From NCBI GenBank assembly GCA_964016885.1, contig OZ024743.1, positions 75,702,001 through 75,766,000 on the forward strand: a DNA stretch of 64,000 nucleotides, read 5' to 3'. This stretch comes from Eledone cirrhosa (lineage: Eukaryota). The notes under the pieces are model-generated. The model made no database searches. It saw nothing but the letters and a program-made list of their open reading frames with translations, and was not told the DNA's origin. Positions 13,854 through 28,290 of the stretch are shown here, piece after piece. The stretch's first letter is position 1. Each line of letters starts with the position of its first letter. Both the position numbers and the translations under genes were made by a program.

Positions 13854-13932
13854 TGTATGTATGTATGTATGTATGTATGTATGTATGTATGTATGTATGT
13901 ATGTATGTATGTATGTATGTATGTATGTATGT
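13854..13932 (+). repeat. (TGTA)n microsatellite
   Basis: Direct reading. Confidence 0.95.
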
Positions 13933-14569
13933 TTATGTCAGGTCACCACTTGGTGATACTGGTAACATGTATCCCAGTATAACCTGTCTCATGGTCGGGT
14001 CGTTGGCGACTAAACTGGCAACCCCACCAAGGTTTCTTGGTGAGGAGGGTGACTTTGGACATCCTGCAGGACTAAAAACAAAACCTGTTAAAGGGCAAAG
14101 GAGCTCTTAAGAGTCAATTGCCATCCAAAATCACCGGGAGAGATGACCCTTTAGCCTTTGTCAAGGCAGAATTCTAGAAGGAAAACTCTGATATAACACC
14201 TGCAACCCTGATGGTATCCAATGATGTTGACTTGTTCTTCTTTTTGGTAAATATCATCTTGGTTAAGAGAGTGGGACTGGCTTTGTGCAGTGCCTTTGCT
14301 CACTATAAAAGCTTCACGGCACAGGCATTGCTTTATATCTGGAGATCTCTCTGCACTTGTCGTCACATGGTACCATGGGCCCAGCATTATGTGTCAATAA
14401 TTGTCACAAGTGTAGTGTTTGTACCAGAGTTTTCAAGTCGCTGGCTGGACTAAAAAGTCACACTCGTTCAGCGCATCGGTAGGGGTTCTCCTACATGGAT
14501 ATAAAGTGGTGGCCGTACTCGAAAACGAGTTGGCAGCCACCATATATATATATATAATATATATATATG

Positions 14570-14760
14570 CAACATTTAATATAGAAATGGCTTCAACAGG
14601 ACTAGAACTGTTTCATTCCAAGGAAATCACCAGGAAAGCCCTGATAATTTCCTTCGAATGAAACAGTTCTAGTCCTGTAGAAGCCATTTCTATATTAAAT
14701 TTTGTATATACTCTACTAATGTATAGAGTATCTTACCCTCGACTGAACCCGACAGATACA
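14570..14760. mobile_element. Foldback element with degenerate hammerhead motifs in both arms (family 1)
   Basis: Arms 14570-14634 and 14639-14704; cores CTGGTGA and CTGATAA, short stem II, GAAA-CAG..CTG-T-H-GAAGC. Confidence 0.65.
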
Positions 14761-15029
14761 CACACACATAATAAATATATATGTATAAAAATGAATATAA
14801 TATATATTTTATTTTATTTTATTTTATTTCATTAGAATTTAACTGAAATAACAGTCAAAGATTTTCCCAGACTTTCATAGAAATATTTTCTCTAGTATTT
14901 AATGTTTATTTAATATTTTAATAACTATTGGAATATGTAGCATCAAATATATAAGCATTACTTGAAAGTAGTCGACATTTTTTTCATCTTTAAATTCTTT
15001 AAAATGGTGAGATTCTGCCATAATAACAG

Positions 15030-15300
15030 TTCCACAAGACGATGAGTGTTCCAGTTTATCCGATCAATGGAACAGTCTGTTCGTGAAATTAACGTGTAAG
15101 TGGCTGAGTATTCTACAGACATGAGTACCCTTAACGTAGTTCTCAGAGAGATTCAACGTGACACAGAATGTGACAAGGCTGGCCCTTCCAACTACTGGTA
15201 AAACTCATTTTTGCCACTGAGTTCACTAGAGCAACATAAAATAAAGTGTCTTGTTCAAGGACACAACGCGCCGCCGGGAATCCAGCTCATGAACTCACGC
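15030..15300 (-). mobile_element. tRNA-derived SINE, second family
   Basis: Minus strand reads GGATTCCCGGCGGCGCGTTGTGTCCTTGAACAAGACACTT, a typical SINE head/core motif. Confidence 0.65.
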
Positions 15301-15780
15301 ACCGTCACAGATTGTAGTCTAACAAGTCTTTAAAAGTCGTGAAAACGTTATTTAACTACACGTGTCTCAGTCTTTTGGACAGTATTGTAGTATAAAAAGC
15401 TGTAAGAACTTGAAGGAAATGACATTAATAATCTGAAATTGTATTCTAATAAAAACTAAGCTTCAAGCAGCTCAGTGGATTTTTCGCAGGGAGCGGAATA
15501 ATCTCTCGCGATTAAACTATTAGTTCCCCTCTACAAATTGTGACAAAATTTCATTGCTGCTGCATGTTTTTTTATTTTTACTTTAAAACATTTTTACCCT
15601 GTCAAAATTTTCTTATATATTTTCTTTGTTTTTTTTCTTTTTTTCTGTTAAAAGTTTTCAAGATCGAGTAGAAAGTTTCATATATTGACGTATTAAAATA
15701 CCCCAAAATTACTTCAAATTTTTAGCTTTCCCGAATGAGAGTTCTTCCAGAGTTGACGATATGCATGGGCAATGAATTAT

Positions 15781-16515
15781 TAAAACTATAGGACATTGAC
15801 CATTAAAAAATAGATACTTTAGAGCGATGAGTTAAAACTATAGGACATTGACCATTAAAAAATAGATACTTTAGAGCAATGAGTTAAAACTATAGGACAT
15901 TGACCATTAAAAAATAGATACTTTAGAGCAATGAGTTAAAACTATAGGACATTGACCATTAAAAAATAGATACTTTAGAGCAATGAGTTAAAACTATAGG
16001 ACATTGACCATTAAAAAATAGATACTTTAGAGCAATGAGTTAAAACTATAGGACATTGACCATTAAAAAATAGATACTTTAGAGCAATGAGTTAAAACTA
16101 TAGGACATTGACCATTAAAAAATAGATACTTTAGAGCAATGAGTTAAAACTATAGGACATTGACCATTAAAAAATAGATACTTTAGAGCAATGAGTTAAA
16201 ACTATAGGACATTGACCATTAAAAAATAGATACTTTAGAGCAATGAGTTAAAACTATAGGACATTGACCATTAAAAAATAGATACTTTAGAGCAATGAGT
16301 TAAAACTATAGGACATTGACCATTAAAAAATAGATACTTTAGAGCAATGAGTTAAAACTATAGGACATTGACCATTAAAAAATAGATACTTTAGAGCAAT
16401 GAGTTAAAACTATAGGACATTGACCATTAAAAAATAGACACTTCTTTAAAGCAATGAGTTAATAAAACTGTAGAACACTGGCCATTAAAATATAGATACT
16501 TTAGAACAATGAGTT
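15781..16515 (+). repeat. 52-bp tandem array, ~14 near-identical copies
   Basis: Unit TAAAACTATAGGACATTGACCATTAAAAAATAGATACTTTAGAGCAATGAGT. Confidence 0.95.
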
Positions 16516-16680
16516 AATAAAAGTATGGATTGCATGTATGTATGGTCCCGCACCCCCTCATCACTACGACACCGTTCTATATCCCAGAACTGTTCCATAT
16601 CCCAGAACCGTTCCATCTTCATTAAAATCATCCATAGATATTTTTCTTCACCATTCAATTCAAGTAACACCACTACACAT

Positions 16681-17410
16681 TCTTCTTCTTCTTCTTCTTC
16701 TTCTTCTTCTTCTTCTTCTTCTTCTTCTTCTTCTTCTTCTTCTTCTTCTTCTTCTTCTTCTTCTTCTTCTTCTTCTTCTTCTTCTTCTTCTTCTTCTTCT
16801 TCTTCTTGTGAGGGTCGTGGGTCAGTCTTCAAACACTCCTTTCAGTGGGTCCTGTTAGAAGCAACCGTCTCCAACTGATGCGGCTGGATCCCCAAGCGAG
16901 ATCCGTCAAGCTCATGGATGTTATCCAACCATTTTGTTCAGCATCTATCCCTGGGTCTCCTGCTGTTCAGTGATTCTTTCTAGAGACATTCTAACCCCAT
17001 TCCCGTAGTATCGGAGGTCTGATTGATGCCGAGTGCTGCATGACTAGAATGAAAATCAGTGCTACGAAAACATTCTTTATTTCTTTCATAAAATCCAATT
17101 TAGTGTTCCAGCCCAACAATTTCTTGATTAACATTTTGTATGAAGGGGTTCGGCGGCGAATTGGTAGAGTTGTTAGAACGTCGGATGGAATGCTTTATGG
17201 TATTTGTCCAGATCCCGCTGGAGTTGTTGGTGTTAGAGAGATCGCCCTCCTTTGGTACTGGGACGATGTTACTGATCCTCCACTATCCGGGGCAACTCCT
17301 TTCCCCAGTGCCTGGTTACAGAACTGTAGGATGATATCATCAAAATCACACCACTCCATCTTCTCCATGGGCCTTTTCCTCCTTGATATTCTCCACGGAT
17401 TTATTCTATA
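16681..17410 (-). mobile_element. RTE LINE fragments with (GAA)n 3' tail
   Basis: (TTC)n at 16681-16806 abuts a minus-strand RRPR...KWLDNIHEL C-terminus; an RT-region fragment lies at 17000-17410. Confidence 0.7.
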
Positions 17411-18019
17411 AATCAAATTTTAGAAGATTTTATAATGGTCAGATAGATAAGAGATTTAAAACTTAAATTTCATGGCGTGTTTCAAATAAGGAGATCTTGA
17501 AGAAACCTTATCAAAGTAGGTTATATAACTCTACTAAAACTCTATATAGTGCCTTACTGAGTACCTCCTCGTTCTACCTATTTTACATTATGCTGAATTA
17601 AGTATCTAATATTTAAGCCGAGCACCATTGATCTGTTAGAAAATGTTGATACACCAACTGTAAATTAATGTATTATCCCTCATCTCTCACAGCATTTGCC
17701 TCATGTCAGACGCTGTGACATCGGATGGACCAGCAGTACCGTTGGTAGGGGTCGAAACTGCTCAAGTCCACCTTAACGGCTGATGACCATGGAGTTCTGT
17801 GCCCTTCGTTTGTATTTTTATTTAAAAAAAATATTTTTATAAGGTTTCGCCTTATAAAATTGTTTTTCGTTTTCTTTTGTTTCCGTCCACTGTCTTGTAC
17901 TTTGTTAATTTTCTTAAGTTTATAAAATAGATAACCTGAATTGTTGCCTTAACTTTATTGGATCTTGTCTTTATTCCCAGTTGTCATGGAAAAGGGTTAA
18001 GGAACCGCGATGACAAACG

Positions 18020-18079
18020 AAGGACAGACAGACAGAGTCAGAAAGAGAGACAGAGTGACAGACAGAGAGACAGAGAGAC

Positions 18080-18154
<75 letters not shown>

Positions 18155-18230
18155 GCGACAGACAGAGATAGAGCGACAGAGCGACAGGCAGATAGAGAGA
18201 AATACAGACAAAGAGACAAAGAGACAGAGT

Positions 18231-18298
<68 letters not shown>

Positions 18299-18422
18299 GA
18301 TAGAGCGACAGAGATACAGACAGAGATAGAGCGACAGAGCGACAGACAGAGAGAAAGACAGCGCGACAGACAGAGAGACAGACAGAGAGACAGAGAGAGA
18401 CAGAGCGACAGAGAGACAGACA
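18020..18422 (+). repeat. (GA)/(GACA) compound microsatellite
   Basis: Direct reading. Confidence 0.9.
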
Positions 18423-19060
18423 ATTTCTAATCCATCCAAACATGTCATCAATGTCTACCAAAGTAGGTTGGGACATTTTAGTGCCACCTGAACACTATGA
18501 TATAACGATTAGAGACGATAACAATGACACCATGTTGATTTTATTTACTAGTTTCATTTGGCTTTCTTTCCTTCTCTTTTTCTTGTTTGTTCAGATCAAA
18601 GTGAAAAACCTACAGATTCAGACTGTTTTTTCGCATTCTTTTATGATTATTTTAACAACTAATTGCTGACTTTTAGTTTTTAAAATGTCTCAACTGATGG
18701 ATAAAACAAGATCAGCAAGTTATTTCTACTTAAATGGCAAAATTATTGCATTTCTGCTTACACGGAAGTATTTCGCTTTGAACTCAACTTTTTTCACTTC
18801 AGTACAAAAGAGCCACACAGTGGGAAAATTTGGAGTAAAAAAAAAACTTGCAATAATAAAGGTCAGGATATATTTTTGACGTATTTCTTTAGATGAAAAT
18901 CAAAACATGTATATTATTATAATCAATAACATAGATAGCTTTGAAGGTAACTCTCCAATTTCAAAGAATTCTTTTTAATAGCCCTTTCGTTAGTTATGGA
19001 TTCGGAAAAGGTCACTAAATAATATTGCAGTCAAAGTTAGGTATAATCTCTAAATTACAC

Positions 19061-20260
<1,200 letters not shown>

Positions 20261-20623
20261 TATGATAGGTGTTCAGTATATATAAACATATATGAAATTG
20301 TTGTGAGAATTGAGTTGGTTTGGTTGATAGAAACTTCGAGAATTGTACTTATAAACATGTTTAGAAAGGTCATCACCATGACAACATAGTCAAAGAATTG
20401 AATAACAAAGTTAGAAAGCTTGATCATGTTAGATATTACTAAGTTAACTAACTATGTCAAATATTACTAAGTTATCTAACTATGTCAAGTATTACTAAGT
20501 TAACTAACTATGTCAAATATTACTAAGTTAACTAACAATGTATTTGATAACCTGCTTCAGTATACGGGAGTGGATAACGTAGTGGAACTCACAACACTGA
20601 TTATAGATGGACAACCTGGTATT

Positions 20624-20687
<64 letters not shown>

Positions 20688-20729
20688 CACACACACAGAG
20701 AGAGAGGTAGATAGATAGATGGATAGATA

Positions 20730-20786
<57 letters not shown>

Positions 20787-20790
<4 letters not shown>

Positions 20791-21210
20791 TTACGGTAAA
20801 TATTGATGCAATTCAATTAAAGCACTCAACGTATTGTTTCCACATAGGAGTGACGGAGTATATTTAGAATGAGAAAATAGGAAGTAGTTTCAGATGTTAA
20901 AGTCCTTTGTTGATAATGCTGTGATACATATTTCAATGACGACAGTGGCCACATGATTCCGTGTTCCCAGTGCCGTGATATCATCAGACAGCTTCTTATA
21001 TAATAAGGTTATGTTCCCGAGGGAATCCAAAGTGAAACGAGAAGGGAACGGACAAGGCGTATCCGTTCCCTTCTCGTTTTAATTCGGATTCCCTCGGCAA
21101 CGTAACCTTATTATATAAGAAGCTGTCTGATGATGTCATGGCACTGGGTACACGGGAATCGTGTGGCCACTGTCGTCATTGAAATATGTATCACAGCATT
21201 ATCAACAAAG
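20787..21210. mobile_element. Foldback element, ~148-bp arms, hammerhead motif in each arm (family 2)
   Basis: Arms 20905-21052 and 21062-21210 with a 9-nt spacer; (TA)n at both flanks. Confidence 0.8.
21122..21197 (+). ncRNA. Minimal type-I hammerhead ribozyme motif (mirror copy 20918-20992, -)
   Basis: GCTGT-CTGATGA-[stem II, imperfect base]-GAAA-TATGTA-T-C-ACAGC. Confidence 0.7.
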
Positions 21211-21377
21211 AACCCCCCCCCACATATATATATATATATATATACATTTAGGTATATAGCATAAAGAAAGTTTTATACACTTAATATGTATGTGCAATCA
21301 TTGGTTTCGGGTCCAGTTATGGTCACTACTGTATATTTGAGGAGGCACTTTCAAACTGGCCCTTCACCGGGCACGCA

Positions 21378-21434
<57 letters not shown>

Positions 21435-21447
21435 GCGCACACACACA

Positions 21448-21548
<101 letters not shown>

Positions 21549-21569
21549 ACACACACACCTCTCCACTGT

Positions 21570-22620
21570 TGTCAACAAATCGCCTGTAAAACGCCAACAT
21601 TGTGAGTGAACCCACTGACGTATCATTTTTAAAACCAGGAAATACGATCTAAGTCAGTCATCAGATGTTTCTGTTAAGCCAGTTATAGTGACATCCGATC
21701 GGGTTATGACAGGTTGCCGCTCCACTTTAACTGTTATATCACTTTGGTCAATGTTTACCCTCCAACTATTGTAAGTCCCCGAAACAAAAAAGATAAATGT
21801 TATGTGGAGTTGCGAATAGTCGCGAAAAATGTTGGATGTGACCCTACTACAGGGAACAATATAGGTGGTCATAGACTGGGAAGTTGTATAGCAATGGACT
21901 TCTGTCACTGGTGTGCCAGGAATGCGATCTTGTCATAATAAATACATGGTTCAGACAGAAGAACATGCACTCATGTTCACATCATTAGCATATTATTGAT
22001 TATGTGATTAAAAGACATAATTGTTTCTACTTTTGGCACAAGGCCAGCAATTACCCAGTGTATTACTGGTACTTTATTTTATCGACCCCATAAGGATGAA
22101 AGGCAAAGTTAATGATTTGCGGGATGTCAGATCTATCGGTTGTATGAATGGGGGGTGGGTGGGGGGGGGGGGGCAGAGTGTTGGACCGACCACTATCTCC
22201 TTAGAGCAACTCCTCGTGACTGTGTTCGGAAGAAGATGATGTATGACGGTGTTCGAGGTGCAGAGACATATAAATGACATATAAATGCAGAGACGTATAA
22301 ATGTTTTACAATTGTCCTGACAAGAAAAGCAAATGAATTTTCAAGTAGTAGTTCAGCAAACTAAAGTCACCAACAATGATGATGCATGTCTGTTTTTCAA
22401 CAAACAGCTTTATGAGTCATTGGCCACAAGTTTGGGTTATGCAGAGACGTAAACCCACGCCCTCGTCATCATACAATGAACGCATAAGCCCCGTAGACTT
22501 CTCAGGGCAGCCTAGCTTCAAGAGAATACTCCAAAGGGTTTACCTATTGGCGGAGTCGAAGGCCTTCGTAAAATCAATCCGAAATTGTACAGATCAAGCT
22601 ATACATATGAAATTTATGAG
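21570..22620. mobile_element. RTE APE fragment (+, ~21570-22010), SINE (~22020-22125) and RTE RT fragment (-, ~22280-22620)
   Basis: LVNVYPPT...KDKCY...VGCD...IGGHRLGSC on +; IDFTKAFDSANR..LW.IL.KLGCPEK on -. Confidence 0.7.
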
Positions 22621-22850
22621 AAAGTTAAAGTTCATCGAATATTTTAACTTTAGAAAAATATTTTAAACAACAGAACATTTAACGGAAAAGTGAACATTAG
22701 AAACTCCATTGAAATGTCGCATGTAACTTTGAATTAAATACTAACATTAATGTCTGTGGTCAGTCTATTGGTGTACTGATAGAAGCTAAGATTAAATAGA
22801 TAGCAGTATATTTACTGGGTTAAAACTAATTGATTTCAACGCACAACCTA

Positions 22851-22894
<44 letters not shown>

Positions 22895-22895
22895 C

Positions 22896-22954
<59 letters not shown>

Positions 22955-22969
22955 CGTATATATAGAACG

Positions 22970-23262
22970 TATTAGAACATCTGACTGATAAAATGACAAG
23001 TCAGTCAATTCTATTGGTGGCCTCCCCAAAGTCCCGGCGGACAGAATGGAGAAGGCGTTTCTCCGGGGGACGGCAAGGGAGACACGCTGGAAAAGCCATT
23101 CCAACTCGCGAGGCTCACACCTGCGGCTGGCCAACTCAGCGCCTATGGTGGTGAGTAGGGAGGTAGCCCTAGGGCCGAGGACATCAGAAGTCTCCACTGC
23201 CAAGGGTACAACCGCAAACCTGTCGGAGAGCGACCGGTATTTGAAGAGTTTGGTCTCCCGCT
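22970..23262 (-). mobile_element. CRE-clade non-LTR retrotransposon 3' fragment (RLE C-terminus); related copies at 28395-28515 (-) and 36030-36295 (+)
   Basis: FAVVPLAVETS.VLGPRA..LL..IG...REL EWLFQRVSLAV.RGNA.SI matches the CRE-type P.AVET.G...LFQRLS.A.QRGNA signature. Confidence 0.75.
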
Positions 23263-23333
23263 TTTATTTCTTTGGTATCAACAAACGTCCCCAAATTAAA
23301 TCCTATTTTCCCATTCCCACATCTGTTAGCTTA

Positions 23334-23708
23334 CTCTCGGGTCTCGAATAATCACCCCCCGCCATCGCTTATTATTTTTTCAGATTTTTCCACTCCCCGC
23401 TCTTATTCCACCTTCATTCTGCTTATTAAATTTTACTCATCTATCTCCGGCGAAATATTATTTGAAGTGGTAGCATTCCTGCGACAATTTATTTTCTTTA
23501 GACATTAAAAAACATTACAAGAAATTCCATATGTTATAAAATAAATAGGATGGGTTGGGGTCTCAATTTGTAAACTAAACGATTAATTCTGGTTTTTAAA
23601 AAAAAATCAACGGAGACAACCTAGAAAAATTACAGATTTTCCACCACCCACGCATATTCCACCCCCCGTTTATTCCATCCCCTCCCACTATTATTTTGGA
23701 CCCGAGAG
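23334..23708. mobile_element. Tc1/mariner-type MITE
   Basis: TIRs CTCTCGGGTCTCGAATAAT / ATTATTTTGGACCCGAGAG with TA on both sides. Confidence 0.8.
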
Positions 23709-24594
23709 TACGTTGGCCTCGTCCGCTTTCTTGAAAGAGAGAAATATATTTTACCAGAGATAACAGTGTATTAAAATATAGAAATAAATAAATAAATTAA
23801 GAAAAGAGAAAACAGAAATAAAACAGAAATAAAACAGAAAAGAAAACAGAAAGAAATAGAAAAGAAAACAGAAAGAAAACAGAAAAGGAAACAGAAACAA
23901 GCAGAAATAAAACAGAAAAAAACCCAGAAATAAAACAAAAGAAAACATAAATAAAACAGAAAAGAAAACAAAGAAAACAAAGAGAAAATAGCGATAGAAG
24001 GAAATAAAAATGAATAAAAATATAAATAAATAAATGTATTTGTTCTGGTGTTGTTTTCGTTGTTCTGATAATTGCAACCACCGCAAGTAACCTTAACCAA
24101 TCGAAGATATAAAAATATCCCTCTGTGAATATACAAATTGATGTACTAACTACATATAACCTATACAGAAGTTACACACTAAATCTTCACCTTCTTCCAC
24201 TTAAATACTTCCCATCCAGGGAAATGTTAGAAATGGCTAGAGCTTATCACCGAAGTTTAAAGGGAAGCCTCTCTTATTTCTCTTTTATGTTCGATTAAAT
24301 AAGAGAGGCTAACAATTCACCCGTAATATTCACTGCCGACCTGATGTCAGACTATAGGTCTAATGGTTGCTCTGTTAATGATGAGAAAACTAGAATATGT
24401 GTAAGCTACGTGGAGTAATTTTATCATTTCGTTACGTATTAAACATTATCTGTATTTAGTCATTCATTTACCTAAGCTTACTAATCCTTCACTGTATTAT
24501 TATGACATTTCAACCTTCCTACATCCAATATATCTTTCGTACAAGCTAAAATACGCCATTTATTTTCAACTAGTGTTCCCGTACCATCAATAAT

Positions 24595-24760
24595 TGTTTC
24601 TACTTTTGGCACAAGGCCAGCAATTACCCAGTACATTACTGGTACTTTATTTTATCGACCCCGTAAGGATGAAAGGCAAAGTTAACCTCGGCGGGATTTG
24701 AACTCAGATCATAAAGGGACGTAACTCTATGCTTCAAAGCATGGTGTCCGACTCTCTACC
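24595..24760 (-). mobile_element. SINE with ~16-bp TSD
   Basis: CCGTACCATCAATAAT at 24579-24594 and 24759-24774. Confidence 0.9.
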
Positions 24761-24859
24761 GTACCATCAATAATGACAGCAATAGAGTTTTTAATTTTGG
24801 GAGTTTAGAATTGTTATGTCATATATATCAGGAATAGTGGATATATAATTATTATTTAC

Positions 24860-24982
24860 GGTCTTCGGAGTTCGAATCCCGTCGAGGTTAACTTTGCCTT
24901 TCATCCTTACAGGGTCGATAAAATAAAGTACCAGTAATGCACTGGGATAATTGCTGGCCTTGTGCCAAAAGTAGAAACAATT
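24860..24982 (+). mobile_element. SINE, 5'-truncated
   Basis: GAGTTCGAATCC B-box, core, and 3' AAAAGTAGAAACAATT. Confidence 0.85.
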
Positions 24983-27900
24983 ATTATTAGCATTCGTCAG
25001 TCTCGAAAGACCATGGTTCTGTGCCTGGAGAATTTTGGTCAGCTGCTGATGGTGGTGCAGTGTCTGCAGTGGCTGTACAGGTCCACACAGGAATGACAGT
25101 CCTGTATACAGCAACTACATTGGTAGATACTCTCCTCCGGTACTACTGTGGCTGTACAGGTCCACACAGGAGTGGCAGTCCTGTATACAGCAACTACATT
25201 GGTAGATACTCTCCTCTGGTACTACTGTGGCTGTACAGGTCCACACAGGAATGACAGTCCTGTATACAGCAACTACATTGATAGATACTCTCCTCTGGTA
25301 CTACTGTGACTGTACAGGTCCACACAGGAATGACAGTCCTGTATACAGCAACTACATTGATAGATACTCTCCTCTGGTACTACTGTGACTGTACAGGTCC
25401 ACACAGGAATGACAGTCCTGTATACAGCAACTACATTGATAGATACTCTCCTCTGGTACTACTGTGACTGTACAGGTCCACACAGGAATGACAGTCCTGT
25501 ATACAGCAACTACATTGATAGATACTCTCCTCTGGTACTACTGTGACTGTACAGGTCCACACAGGAATGACAGTCCTGTATACAGCAACTACATTGATAG
25601 ATACTCTCCTCTGGTACTACTGTGACTGTACAGGTCCACACAGGAGTGGCAGTCCTGTATACAGCAACTACATTGGTAGATACTCTCCTCTGGTACTACT
25701 GTGGTTGTACAGGTCCACACAGGAGTGGCAGTCCTGTATACAGCAACTACATTGATAGATACTCTCCTCTGGTACTACTGTGACTGTACAGGTCCACACA
25801 GGAGTGGCAGTCCTGTATACAGCAACTACATTGGTAGATACTCTCCTCTGGTACTACTGTGACTGTACAGGTCCACACAGGAGTGGCAGTCCTGTATACA
25901 GCAACTACATTGGTAGATACTCTCCTCTGGTACTACTGTGGTTGTACAGGTCCACACAGGAGTGGCAGTCCTGTATACAGCAACTACATTGATAGATACT
26001 CTCCTCTGGTACTACTGTGGCTGTACAGGTCCACACAGGAGTGGCAGTCCTGTATACAGCAACTACATTGGTAGATACTCTCCTCTGGTACTACTGTGAC
26101 TGTACAGGTCCACACAGGAGTGGCAGCCCTGTATACAGCAACTACATTGGTAGATACTCTCCTCTGGTACTACTGTGACTGTACAGGTCCACACAGGAGT
26201 GGCAGTCCTGTATACAGCAACTACATTGGTAGATACTCTCCTCTGGTACTACTGTGACTGTACAGGTCCACACAGGAGTGGCAGTCCTGTATACAGCAAC
26301 TACATTGGTAGATACTCTCCTCTGGTACTACTGTGGTTGTACAGGTCCACATAGGAGTGGCAGTCCTGTATACAGCAACTACATTGATAGATACTCTCCT
26401 CTGGTACTACTGTGGCTGTACAGGTCCACACAGGAGTGGCAGTCCTGTATACAGCAACTACATTGGTAGATACTCTCCTCTGGTACTACTGTAGCTGTAC
26501 AGGTCCACACAGGAATGACAGTCCTGTATACAGCAACTACATTGATAGATACTCTCCTCTGGTACTACTGTGGTTGTACAGGTCCACACAGGAATGGCAG
26601 TCCTGTATACAGCAACTACATTGGTAGATACTCTCCTCTGGTGCTTCTGTGGCTGTACAGGTCCACACAGGAATGGCAGTCCTGTATACAGCAACTACAT
26701 TGGTAGATACTCTCCTCTGGTACTACTGTGACTGTACAGGTCCACACAGGAGTGGCAGTCCTGTATACAGCAACTACATTGGTAGATACTCTCCTCTGGT
26801 ACTACTGTGGTTGTACAGGTCCACACAGGAGTGGCAGTCCTGTATACAGCAACTACATTGATAGATACTCTCCTCTGGTACTACTGTGGCTGTACAGGTC
26901 CACACAGGAGTGGCAGTCCTGTATACAGCAACTACATTGGTAGATACTCTCCTCTGGTACTACTGTGACTGTACAGGTCCACACAGGAGTGGCAGTCCTG
27001 TATACAGCAACTACATTGGTAGATACTCTCCTCTGGTACTACTGTGACTGTACAGGTCCACACAGGAGTGGCAGTCCTGTATACAGCAACTACATTGATA
27101 GATACTCTCCTCTGGTACTACTGTGACTGTACAGGTCCACACAGGAATGACAGTCCTGTATACAGCAACTACATTGGTAGATACTCTCCTCTGGTACTAC
27201 TGTGGCTGTACAGGTCCACACAGGAGTGGCAGTCCTGTATACAGCAACTACATTGGTAGATACTCTCCTCTGGTACTACTGTGACTGTACAGGTCCACAC
27301 AGGAATGACAGTCCTGTATACAGCAACTACATTGATAGATACTCTCCTCTGGTACTACTGTGACTGTACAGGTCCACACAGGAATGACAGTCCTGTATAC
27401 AGCAACTACATTGGTAGATACTCTCCTCTGGTACTACTGTGGCTGTACAGGTCCACACAGGAGTGGCAGTCCTGTATACAGCAACTACATTGGTAGATAC
27501 TCTCCTCTGGTACTACTGTGGCTGTACAGGTCCACACAGGAGTGGCAGTCCTGTATATAGCAACTACATTGGTAGATACTCTCCTCTGGTACTACTGTGA
27601 CTGTACAGGTCCACACAGGAATGACAGTCCTGTATACAGCAACTACATTGGTAGATACTCTCCTCTGGTACTACTGTGGCTGTACAGGTCCACACAGGAA
27701 TGACAGTCCTGTATACAGCAACTACATTGGTAGATACTCTCCTCTGGTACTACTGTGGCTGTACAGGTCCACACAGGAATGACAGTCCTGTATACAGCAA
27801 CTACATTGGTAGATACTCTCCTCTGGTACTACTGTGACTGTACAGGTCCACACAGGAGTGGCAGTCCTGTATACAGCAACTACATTGGTAGATACTCTCC

Positions 27901-28290
27901 TCTGGTACTACTGTGACTGTACAGGTCCACACAGGAGTGGCAGTCCTGTATACAGCAACTACATTGGTAGATACTCTCCTCTGGTGCTACTGTGACTGTA
28001 CAGGTCCACACAGGAGTGGCAGTCCTGTATACAGCAACTACATTGGTAGATACTCTCCTCTGGTACTACTGTAGCTGTACAGGTCCACACAGGAGTGGCA
28101 GTCCTGTATACAGCAACTACATTGGTAGATACTCTCCTCTGGTGCTTCTGTGTTATTCTTTTATCGAGCACGCTGTTCCTCGGAGGCGAGTTTCAGTTTC
28201 TCTTCCCCTTGCGCAGTAGTCGTCTCTACCGTGGGCGCTCATCAGCAACCCTCTCCCATCCTCTGGGTGTCCAGATTTATTGAGTTCATG
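24983..28290 (-). mobile_element. RTE-BovB-like LINE 3' end with an internal 79-bp satellite expansion
   Basis: 3' terminus CATGGTCTTTCGAGACTGACGAATGC(TAA)n; C-terminal zinc finger YQCSCCIQDCHSCVDLYSHCRHC. Confidence 0.75.
25069..28150 (+). repeat. 79-bp tandem array, ~39 copies
   Basis: Unit GTGGCTGTACAGGTCCACACAGGAGTGGCAGTCCTGTATACAGCAACTACATTGGTAGATACTCTCCTCTGGTACTACT. Confidence 0.97.

Noticed and set aside
17715-17790. Hammerhead-like words CGAAAC...GTC and CTGATGA
   Set aside because: Stems I and II cannot be formed convincingly in either the type I or type II arrangement.
20561-20618. Possible 58-nt exon (AG|TATACG...CCTG|GT); similar candidates near 18595 and 29764
   Set aside because: Only splice dinucleotides support them; no coherent gene model without RNA data.
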